From: a virus | Taxonomy: Duplodnaviria > Caudoviricetes | DNA length: 64,000 nucleotides | Direction: 5' to 3' (one strand) | Virus record (IMG/VR): IMGVR_UViG_2791355504_000004 | Coordinates: 1,527-65,526 of that record | Part shown: positions 41,175 to 49,900 of the stretch, one piece after another | Position numbering within the stretch: position 1 is the stretch's first letter | Layout of the letters: every line of letters begins with the position of its first letter | Position numbers and translations under genes: made by a program | The notes under the pieces: model-generated | Database searches by the model: none | Told to the model about the DNA's origin: nothing | What the model saw: only the letters and a program-made list of their open reading frames with translations

Positions 41175-43103
41175 ATGTACGGCTTAAAAAAACGTTCAAA
41201 GCAAGATGAAAGTGGACAAATTCAAGGTGCAGGTACTGGCACTTCTGATGATATTAAAAAAACGGTACCCAGTGGCAGCTACATTATGCCTGCTGATTCT
41301 ACCCAAAAGATTGGGATTGATAATTTAAAAAATATGGGGAGTCCCACACCAGTCAATCTCAGTAACGGTGAATTCCAACTCTCGCCTGACCAAGTTCATT
41401 CGGTGGGTGTGCAAACACTTAATGCCATGAAAGATCAGACGCACATGCCTGTTGATCAACCTCAATTGGGTTTTAAGCCTGGCCAGAATAAACCTGAGTT
41501 ATTTTTTGCGAATGGTGGATTGGTATCAAGCCCTTATCCAAGCGCAGATGATATTCGACGAGCCCAACAAAATAGAGTTGGTGGGCCACAAATGCGTGAT
41601 GTCACACCAATTAATCGTCAACTTCCAGCAACATCAACTACACCTTCAACAACTAGCTCACCATCTGCAAGTCCAAGTAATACAGCACCAGCACAAGGTA
41701 GTAGTTTTGGTGCGGGGTTTAGTTCATTACGTCAAGGTATTAACCGTGCTGCAAATAGTAAACTTGGTAAATTGGGTACAGTTGGTGCTTTGGCAAGTAC
41801 AGGCTTTGCTGTAGGCGATACACCAACAGAACAATATCGTGAGCGTTTCGGTTTGGGTGATTATAATCCTGATGATTCTGATGGTATGCGATTTGCAAAA
41901 GATCTTGGTGTACGTGCTTTAGGTGCTGCATCTGATCTAGGTGTTGCCATGACATTAGGTCAGGCTGGTCGGTTTTATGCTGATAAACAACGTATTGCAA
42001 GTGAAGCAAAAGCAGCTCAACCTGAATTTAATGCTAAACAGAATAATCCAAATCCTGTTGTAAATAATCCATTTGGTAATCCTAAAGCACCACCTGTAAC
42101 TCAAACACAGCCTGAAGTCCAAACTCAATCAAGCACTGTACAGAATTCTGATCCTTATGTTATTCAGCAAAAAGGAAATAGCTTTAGTTATGCTAATCCT
42201 GGTGCAGCTGCCCAAGCACGAGCAGATGGAGTTCGAGAAGGTGAAGGGTTGGGCTTTAAAGTACGCCCTGCAAATGATCCTAAAGGTGTAGCAAATTTCA
42301 TGCAGAATACACGTGAGATGGGACCATCTGAACAACAGATTCAAAATGCAATCGCTCAACGTGAAATGAATTTAGGCTTGGGTATGCAAGGTTATGGCAA
42401 TAATTCTGTTCAGGCACCTCAGCGTAATGATGCACAGGAGGCAGAGCGCCAATCTGTAATTAAAGCAGCCAGTACACCAATTGCTGGTGCCAGAGGACTG
42501 ACAGCTAATCAAATCCGCACTTTATCTGATTTACAGCAAGGTGAGGATAATCGTGCGAGTCAACGTTATACGACTGATGCAAACAACGTCGCTGCTTTAC
42601 AGCGTGAAGCTATGGGGCAAGCTGGACAGAATTATCGTACAGAACTAGGTGAGCAAGGTACAAATAACCGATTTAATGCAAATTTAGGTTTTGATGCACA
42701 AAAGTTTCAAGCTACCAATGATTTGGCAAACCGAGAATTTAATTTAAATGCTACTGAGAAAGGCTTTGGGATTCGTAACTCGCAACGCTTAGAAAAATTG
42801 TATGAACAATATGATTCTGCGAAATCCGATGAAGATCGTAAATCAATTCAAGAAAAAATTAACCGTTATACAGGTAGTAAAGCTGATACAGGAAAAGATC
42901 GTTATATGACTGTAGGTGGTGGTCAAGAGTGGAATGAAAAGTCTGGAACTATGGTAAATAGACCTCAACAGTTATTTGATACACAATCTCAGCGGTTTAT
43001 TGATACGCCACAAGGAAAAACTGCACAACGAGCTGTTGGTACAATTTCTAAAGTAGGCGACAAAACCGCTGTTTGGGATGGTAAGGACTGGGTTCAACAG
43101 TAA
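41175..43103 (+). CDS. Probable DNA ejection (internal virion) protein
   Basis: GAGTGTSDDI/LSNGEF/FANGG motifs; low-complexity Q/A/N/G-rich; precedes the giant internal protein gene. Confidence 0.7.
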   Translation: MYGLKKRSKQDESGQIQGAGTGTSDDIKKTVPSGSYIMPADSTQKIGIDNLKNMGSPTPVNLSNGEFQLSPDQVHSVGVQTLNAMKDQTHMPVDQPQLGFKPGQNKPELFFANGGLVSSPYPSADDIRRAQQNRVGGPQMRDVTPINRQLPATSTTPSTTSSPSASPSNTAPAQGSSFGAGFSSLRQGINRAANSKLGKLGTVGALASTGFAVGDTPTEQYRERFGLGDYNPDDSDGMRFAKDLGVRALGAASDLGVAMTLGQAGRFYADKQRIASEAKAAQPEFNAKQNNPNPVVNNPFGNPKAPPVTQTQPEVQTQSSTVQNSDPYVIQQKGNSFSYANPGAAAQARADGVREGEGLGFKVRPANDPKGVANFMQNTREMGPSEQQIQNAIAQREMNLGLGMQGYGNNSVQAPQRNDAQEAERQSVIKAASTPIAGARGLTANQIRTLSDLQQGEDNRASQRYTTDANNVAALQREAMGQAGQNYRTELGEQGTNNRFNANLGFDAQKFQATNDLANREFNLNATEKGFGIRNSQRLEKLYEQYDSAKSDEDRKSIQEKINRYTGSKADTGKDRYMTVGGGQEWNEKSGTMVNRPQQLFDTQSQRFIDTPQGKTAQRAVGTISKVGDKTAVWDGKDWVQQ

Positions 43104-43107
43104 TACG

Positions 43108-43127
43108 TAGTCACCTTCTGGTGACTA
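43108..43127. terminator. Hairpin after ejection gene, upstream of CRISPR leader
   Basis: TAGTCACC-ttct-GGTGACTA. Confidence 0.55.
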
Positions 43128-43139
43128 TTAATTACATTG

Positions 43140-43279
43140 CATTTGCCCACCAATATTTTATGACTCTTTAATTGCTTAATAAAATCAATAGGTTATAAAC
43201 GTGAGTTAAAACTTTGGTCTTTTATGGATTTTTAGTATTAACTCGCTGTTATAACTTTATTTTTTGCTATAAAATTACT
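43140..43279 (+). promoter_or_regulatory. Type I-F CRISPR leader
   Basis: AT-rich ~140 bp; IHF consensus WATCAANNNNTTR = AATCAATAGGTTA at 43183-43195; extended -10-like TGCTATAAA next to the first repeat. Confidence 0.8.
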
Positions 43280-44207
43280 GTTCACTGCCATATAGGCAGC
43301 TTAGAAATTTTACTCCTAGCACTCCAAATGTTAAGCGTAGTTCACTGCCATATAGGCAGCTTAGAAATGCAGGGTTAAATGCAACAGCAGTACCATATGG
43401 TTCACTGCCATATAGGCAGCTTAGAAATAACTCCATCCATCCTGCACCAAGCCACTTCTGTTCACTGCCATATAGGCAGCTTAGAAATTACGAATCAGGT
43501 CAATACGCAGAGGTTTTGCGTTCACTGCCATATAGGCAGCTTAGAAATGAACGATAATTTCAGGAAATTGTGTTTCTTGGTTCACTGCCATATAGGCAGC
43601 TTAGAAAGCAAAGAAAGGCGAGAAGGGCGACCAAGGTATGTTCACTGCCATATAGGCAGCTTAGAAAATAAAAAAAGTTTACACGCTCATCGGTAGCCGG
43701 TTCACTGCCATATAGGCAGCTTAGAAATGATTCGTAAGGCATTCCTTAAGCTCCTGCAAGTTCACTGCCATATAGGCAGCTTAGAAATTCCTATTGATTC
43801 TCTTAACCCACTGCAGAACGTTCACTGCCATATAGGCAGCTTAGAAATTAAGAATCTCAACCAATCCTGCGAACGTCATGTTCACTGCCATATAGGCAGC
43901 TTAGAAAACCAACAAATGGCTCAACCCATTTTGTAATTCGTTCACTGCCATATAGGCAGCTTAGAAAATGAAGAATCAAAAGGTCAAGTTGGTCTATTGG
44001 TTCACTGCCATATAGGCAGCTTAGAAAGATCAGGGATGAATCAACAAAGCTATTTGTCAGTTCACTGCCATATAGGCAGCTTAGAAAACTTCATAAAAGC
44101 CTGCTTTTGTAAAATTGTCGTTCACTGCCATATAGGCAGCTTAGAAAATAATAAGTAAAAGCTATTTGATGCGTTCCTTGTTCACTGCCATATAGGCAGC
44201 TTAGAAA
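43280..44207 (+). CRISPR. Type I-F CRISPR array, 16 identical 28-bp repeats and 15 unique 32-bp spacers; no cas genes in window
   Basis: GTTCACTGCCATATAGGCAGCTTAGAAA every 60 bp from 43280 to 44180; CTGCC/GGCAG Cas6f-type hairpin. Confidence 0.99.
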
Positions 44208-44262
44208 ATCTAAAGATTATTTATATAACACCTAAACTGGTCATGGGAAAAAGCATAAAAAT

Positions 44263-44286
44263 AAAGCGACCTAATTGGTCGCTTTT
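44263..44286 (+). terminator. Terminator downstream of the array
   Basis: AAAGCGACC-taatt-GGTCGCTTTT. Confidence 0.75.
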
Positions 44287-44361
44287 GTTCACTTTTTATA
44301 TTGATAAACTATTTATAAAAGTGAAAAATAAAAATCTACTTTATAAACAGATGAATCTATT

Positions 44362-44571
44362 ATGATTAATTATGAATTAATTTTTGAAGAACTCCATGCT
44401 ATGCAACCCAAAGGAGTGAAATTTTTTAAAGATCATACATCACAAGAGTTTGAAGAATTAAATAACTTTCTAGAAGATAATCAATTTGAACTTGGAATAG
44501 AGATAAAACCCCATAGGGAGAGTCAAACTGGTCATCGAGCTATAGATGCAATTCTGGTTAAAAAGTTATGA
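44362..44571 (+). CDS. Small hypothetical protein
   Basis: 69 aa ORF between two terminators. Confidence 0.6.
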   Translation: MINYELIFEELHAMQPKGVKFFKDHTSQEFEELNNFLEDNQFELGIEIKPHRESQTGHRAIDAILVKKL

Positions 44572-44598
44572 TTTTTTGGGCTGAAAAATTTCAAAAAG

Positions 44599-44626
44599 AT
44601 ACCCCACAACTTAGATTGTGGGGTAT
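44599..44626. terminator. Bidirectional terminator
   Basis: ATACCCCACAA...TTGTGGGGTAT. Confidence 0.75.
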
Positions 44627-44631
44627 TTGTT

Positions 44632-45492
44632 TTACTTACTCGCTAAATATCTACCAGTTGTGAGTAATTCATTGCCATACACAAAATCAAGTAATCCGTC
44701 GAATTTTTTAGCAAACTCTGCAAGATTTATAGGGTAGTAGCCTTTAAGTAATGGCATGGCTGATAATTGCCCATCATCTCTGACTTGTACAAACCAAGAG
44801 TGGTAGTGACCACCGTTATATTCATTGTTGATTTGCTGTGCCACCTGAATGACTTGTTGAGGATATGGCAGGGCTTCGACTTCCTGTTTTTCAGATTTGG
44901 CTTTAATTTCCATTGTTTCTAAATAGTGAACTGCTTCTGGGAAATGGATTGCCAATAACTCAGCATAACGTGGAATTTTAAAGTGACGATTATGTCTAGC
45001 CCACATCTCAGCAAAGATTTTGCGCTCACCGCCTGAACGACGAGAAACAATTTCATGCAACAAGGCTTGCTGTTCTGGTGAGATGGATTGGCGGTCATTG
45101 ATTTTCCACTGCATTACCAAAGCATCGTAAGCACGAATCACAATCAAGTGGAACTTTGCGGAGATCCACATTGCATATGCGTAAACTATTTCTTTGACAG
45201 CGTACGTCCCACGATTATTACCACCATTGATTACTTTTACAGCACTTCTCATATTTGAGAAGTGGTTGTTTTCAATAAGGCTCATATCCGAGACTTGTTC
45301 AATCTCTTTAATTAACTCTTGAATTTGCTCAACACGTAAAAAGTTAGATGGCTTATGCTTAGCAAGATTGCCACTTGCTTTATGTAAATCAGCAAGTGAA
45401 TATCGCCCATCTTCGTCTTGGCGAATAATGAGTTCACCAATTACTAAAGGTTGGTTGTTTGGATTTAAAAGATTTTGTTGTATAGTAGTCAT
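44632..45492 (-). CDS. ant: Antirepressor (KilA-N domain plus C-terminal Ant-type domain)
   Basis: IRQDEDGRYSLADLHKAS, GTY...YAMWIS..F; W.R...HF....Y.EL. Confidence 0.88.
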   Translation of the reverse strand: MTTIQQNLLNPNNQPLVIGELIIRQDEDGRYSLADLHKASGNLAKHKPSNFLRVEQIQELIKEIEQVSDMSLIENNHFSNMRSAVKVINGGNNRGTYAVKEIVYAYAMWISAKFHLIVIRAYDALVMQWKINDRQSISPEQQALLHEIVSRRSGGERKIFAEMWARHNRHFKIPRYAELLAIHFPEAVHYLETMEIKAKSEKQEVEALPYPQQVIQVAQQINNEYNGGHYHSWFVQVRDDGQLSAMPLLKGYYPINLAEFAKKFDGLLDFVYGNELLTTGRYLASK

Positions 45493-45573
45493 GTTGACTT
45501 TCCTGTAAGTTGTTGACACATAAAACCTTGTTAATTCTTGGCGGAAGGCAAGGTTTTTTTGTGCCTGTTGATT

Positions 45574-45735
45574 TCATGCTTTTGCACTCTCTTGGGTTAG
45601 TAAAAGTTCAACAGCCTTATTCATTAAATAATTCATTGAACGCTCTTCTTTTTTAGCCTTTTCTTTCAAAGACTCATGCAATTCACCTTCTAGGCGGAAT
45701 CGCACATCTGTGGATTTTTTTTGCTTATTACTCAT
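45574..45735 (-). CDS. Arc-like RHH repressor (53 aa), not in ORF track
   Basis: Manual translation MSNKQKKSTDVRFRLEGELHESLKEKAKKEERSMNYLMNKAVELLL; AGGTGAG RBS. Confidence 0.85.
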   Translation of the reverse strand: MSNKQKKSTDVRFRLEGELHESLKEKAKKEERSMNYLMNKAVELLLTQESAKA

Positions 45736-45750
45736 AGTTCTCACCTAATT

Positions 45751-45836
45751 GCCACACTTTGTGGCGTTTGATAACTATAGCCACACTTTGTGGTAATGTA
45801 AATAGATCAAGACAACATTTTGCCACTTTTTGTGGC
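45751..45836. promoter_or_regulatory. Three palindromic operators between the divergent RHH genes
   Basis: GCCACACTTTGTGGC (45751), GCCACACTTTGTGGT (45780), GCCACTTTTTGTGGC (45822). Confidence 0.85.
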
Positions 45837-45847
45837 ATGAGGAATTT

Positions 45848-46174
45848 ATGAGCAACCAAGCTGACCACACAATTGTTAGATTGCGCGTTCCGCCTGAACT
45901 AAAATTAAAAATTGAAAAGTCGGCTGAAGACAATAATCGCTCTCAAAGCGCAGAAATGGTTTCGCGCCTTGAAAATAGCTTTATTTCAACTAGAGTTGCA
46001 TCGGACCCATATAAAAGAATGCTACTAGCTGTTATAGCGCAAGTTGTTGCGGAACAAGCAGATAAGGAAAAACCATCCTTCCAAGAAGCTATTGATAAAA
46101 TTACAAAAGCAATCATGGTAGATGAAGAGTGGTTTGATAAAGTTAATGGTCAATTAAAAAACCAAAAAAAGTAA
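45848..46174 (+). CDS. Arc/Mnt-like RHH repressor
   Basis: VRLRVPPELKLKIEKSA..NNRS..AEMV.RL. Confidence 0.88.
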   Translation: MSNQADHTIVRLRVPPELKLKIEKSAEDNNRSQSAEMVSRLENSFISTRVASDPYKRMLLAVIAQVVAEQADKEKPSFQEAIDKITKAIMVDEEWFDKVNGQLKNQKK

Positions 46175-46226
46175 GTCACTGGTGACTAAAATGCCGACTT
46201 AAAGTCGGCTTTAATTTCTTTTTAAA

Positions 46227-46835
46227 TTAATTACACTGCAATTGCCCACCAATATCTCGGCACATACGACCATTATTATAATAAGTGCCACTATTGCCAT
46301 TATAACGGTTGCCTTGATTATCCCAGCATCCAGATCCATCACAGTTAGTCATATGGGTTGGTGTTGGTGCTTGTGGCATTGGTGCTGAGTAAGAGTTATT
46401 TGAGTTTGAATAACTATCACCACTAGAAACATTTACACCATTCATTGCCGCAAGAGTATTGCGTTGATTAGCAGTTAACCCTTTTGAATTCTTATATGGT
46501 GTGCTCGCTTCATTAATAATTTTCTGTCTCAATGCTTCATTTTCAGCAGAACGTACCTGTTGACGTGTTTGGCTATAACTAGAGGTAGTATTATTTTGGT
46601 AAGGATTTACATAAGTATTTGGAATTGATGCATTTGATTTGAAAGTCTGTTTTTGTGTTTCCGTGGGTGTTCCTAAAGAGCGGATAGTTTCTATTTTTTG
46701 TTCTTTCATTCCTTGAGGTGGTTTTTTTCTGGAGTATGTAACATTACCTTTAGCATCAACCCATTTATAAATTTGTTGTGCATTCAAGTTAAAGGATAGA
46801 AGGATAGATAAAATTAGTATGAAATGTTTTAACAT
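46227..46835 (-). CDS. Exported DUF4124-like protein with a segment resembling the phage ejection protein
   Basis: Signal peptide ending LNA; IYKWVDAKGNVTYS..PP motif; Cys-containing C-terminus. Confidence 0.82.
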   Translation of the reverse strand: MLKHFILILSILLSFNLNAQQIYKWVDAKGNVTYSRKKPPQGMKEQKIETIRSLGTPTETQKQTFKSNASIPNTYVNPYQNNTTSSYSQTRQQVRSAENEALRQKIINEASTPYKNSKGLTANQRNTLAAMNGVNVSSGDSYSNSNNSYSAPMPQAPTPTHMTNCDGSGCWDNQGNRYNGNSGTYYNNGRMCRDIGGQLQCN

Positions 46836-46894
46836 CTGGATTCTCTATTTCTGATTATTATCATTTAAGATTGCTTTTTGAGCATTTTCAATAC

Positions 46895-46908
46895 CCCTCT
46901 AAGGTTAG
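46895..46908 (+). promoter_or_regulatory. Late-promoter motif copy 5
   Basis: CCCTCTAAGGTTAG followed 20 nt later by CATGAT. Confidence 0.75.
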
Positions 46909-46959
46909 ACCATTTTTAATATAAAAAACATGATAGACGCATAATATTAGGAGTGCGTC

Positions 46960-49900
46960 ATGTCTGAGCAAAACCAAATTGATTGGGAAAAAGGGGAAAT
47001 TCAAGAACCAAGTCAAACTGATTGGGATTCTGGGGTAATTTCTCAATCGAAGGAAAAGAAGGAAAAAGGTTTTCTTGGACAAGCAAAAGATCATACTATT
47101 TCATTTGTAGGTAAAGGTGCTGTAGCTGGCGGGCAAATATTGGTTGGACTTTCTGATTTAATGTCTGATGGTGCGACTGGCAAGGTTTTATCTGAAAAAT
47201 TTGGTTATGACCCGAAAGCTACTAATCAAGAAATGACCAGATGGCAAACTCCACAATTACAAGAACAAATAAATCAAAAAGCCCAACTTCCTATACAAAA
47301 AATAGAAGAGGAAGATGACATTCCAACAACAGTTGGGAAGCTCTTTAATAACTCAAAAGAATATTTGAAATTCTACAAAGACAATCCCGCAATGATTAGC
47401 AATAGTGTTGCAGAATCCTTAATTCCAATAGGAGTTAGTGCTGCACTTGGTCGAGGTACAGGTATTGCTAATCCTATTGTTGCTGCTTCGGTTGGCGAGG
47501 GTATTGGAATGGCGGGCAGCCAAGCTGAACAAATTCGCCAAGAGACTGTAGATGGACGCTTAACAGCAGATCAATCCTTAGCAAGTGCAACAACAGGTGC
47601 CCTTGGCGGGTTGATTGGCTTTGCTGGTGGTCGTCTTGCCCAGAAAATGGGAATTGGTGATGTAGATACCATGCTTGTAACGGGGCGAGCTGGTCCAGCA
47701 GAAATTGCTGGTGAGATTGCTTCAATGCCTGCGAAGTCTTTACCTCGTCGTATGGTTGAAGGTGCTATTTCAGAAGGATTTTTAGAAGAATTACCCCAAT
47801 CCGTTTCTGAACAAATTTTACAGAACTTGGCATTAGATAAGCCTTGGAGTGACGGTATTGAAGATGCCGCTGTCATGGGCACATTGGCTGGTATGGCAAT
47901 GGGTGGTGGTGCCAATATCTTGTCTGGCCATAATGCTGAAAATGAACAGCAACGAGCGATAGAAAAAAATAAGGAGCTGTCTGAAGCTGAATATCAAAAA
48001 ACCTTGCTAGATGAATACCATCTACGTTCGCAACAGGAACAAGAGAAGGTTTGGAATGCAAAAGATGATGAGAATTTTTTAGCTAATATATCTCATCATA
48101 TCAATAATATGAATGGACGATACCTGAATCAACCCACAGAGGAAATGGGTGATTTAGGTAACCAGATTGGTACAAGTATTAATCCCAACTTACTTGAATT
48201 TAATTCAAATAATGATCCTGATGCACCAATTAATCCTAATCCAACAAACACACCTAACCCAGATAGCCCACTTTCTCCGAGTGGTGGAAACTATTTTGAT
48301 GATACTCAAACACAGTTACAGCTACCGTCAGAACGCTTGGGTATTAATCCAAGTGATGGACCAATGTCATCAGCAGCAGCTTTGGCGGTGGATAGTGGTG
48401 CTTCACCAGTTGCACAATTAAGTTTTACCCCAGAACAACAGGATAGTAATTCGCCATTAAGTGATGCTGTACCATCTAATTACCAATCGCTACTTGATAG
48501 CCAGACAAACCAATCACAGATTGATTATCTTGAACAACAGTTTACAGATGCTAAAAGTGTGCCTAAAAAGGCCGAGATTCGTAAACAAATTGATGAACTC
48601 AAAACTAGCAATCCCATTACTGAAAATCAGACAAAACCTGTATTTAATACTGACGCTAATCTTTCTGTTGGGTCACTTCCTTGGTCAAAGGATATTGCTA
48701 GTCAGGCTTTACAGCAGTATCAGGGTGATACCAATTCGTTAGAGCAAACAAATCAATCTTTAACGGGAAAAGGCGCAGCGACTGATCTTATTTACTATAA
48801 AAACTCACCATCATTTAGTAATGTTGAAGTTGTTGATGCAGGTGATAAATCGATTGTTAAGTTGACCAATGCTAAGACAGGTCAAGTGGTTGAGCGTGAG
48901 TATCCGCAGGAGTTGTCACGATTTAATCAGTTCTTGGAGGGTACGGTAAATCAAAGTACAGAACAATTAGATATTCCACCAGAAACAAAACAAGTTTCAA
49001 CGATCGTACCGCTAAGTGAACAACTTACTCAGCTTGAACAACAGTTCTCAGCAGCTAAGACTGTTCCGCAGAAAGCCAAATTGCGTAGACAGATCGAAAC
49101 TTTGAAACAAGGGAATAATACATTCAATCCCGAAGTATTGGACCATGGTGTTTTAAATGTGCCTTTAGCTAAACGCGGTAATATTGATGCCCAAATTGAT
49201 CAATACAAGTCTGAGCAAAGTAAATTATTAAAAGATCAAAGTGAAACCAAAAAAAATGAACATAAGGCAGCTCAGAATCAAGCAAAGCCTTTGTTTGAAG
49301 CATTAACAGCAGAACATATTAATACTTATGCAAATAAGGCTGGAATCAATGCTGCAAATGCTAAATCAGAATTAAAAAGCATGGCGCATTGGCAACCTCA
49401 AAAAGCAATGAAGGTTTTTGAGGCTTTAAAGTCAATTTCGGAATCGAATTCATCTCCAATTGACACGAATGCACATGAAGCGGCTACGAGTCCACAAAAT
49501 GATTTACCAGCACCAACACAAGCGCAGATTGAAGCTGGCAATTATAAAAAGGGGCACATTAAAGTTCAGGGCTTAGATATAGCTGTTGAAAACCCTCGGG
49601 GTTCATCTCGTTCAGGTAAACGACCTGATGGAACAGAATGGTCGCATGAAATGAGTGACCACTATGGATACATCAAACGGACTACTGGTGCCGATAATGA
49701 GCACATTGATACTTATATAGGGAGTAACCCAGATTCAAACCAGGTATTCATTGTAGATCAGCTTGACCAAAAAACAGGTAACTTTGATGAGCACAAGGTT
49801 ATGCTTGGATTTAACAGTCAGGAAGATGCTACCACAGCATATAAATCAAACTTTGATAATGGATGGATAGTAGGTCCTATCCGTACTATGGATATGGAAC

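Noticed and set aside
43379-43936. ORFs with repeated VHCHIGSLE or FLSCLYGSE peptides
   Set aside because: Translation artefacts of the 60-bp CRISPR period
44028-44179. Spacers 13 and 15 share AAAGCTATTTG
   Set aside because: Flanks disagree, so they are not overlapping protospacers; likely chance in AT-rich DNA
44208-44270. Possible 16th spacer and degenerate 17th repeat
   Set aside because: Sequence at 44240 shares only the first couple of bases with the repeat and lacks the hairpin
43104-46900. cas or aca-acr operon near the array
   Set aside because: Neighbouring ORFs show no Cas motifs; the small regulators are Arc/Mnt-type RHH proteins tied to ant
48167-48742. Alternative-frame ORFs inside the polyvalent protein gene
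   Set aside because: Leu/Ile-rich shadow composition and no clear RBS, unlike the 50672 candidate
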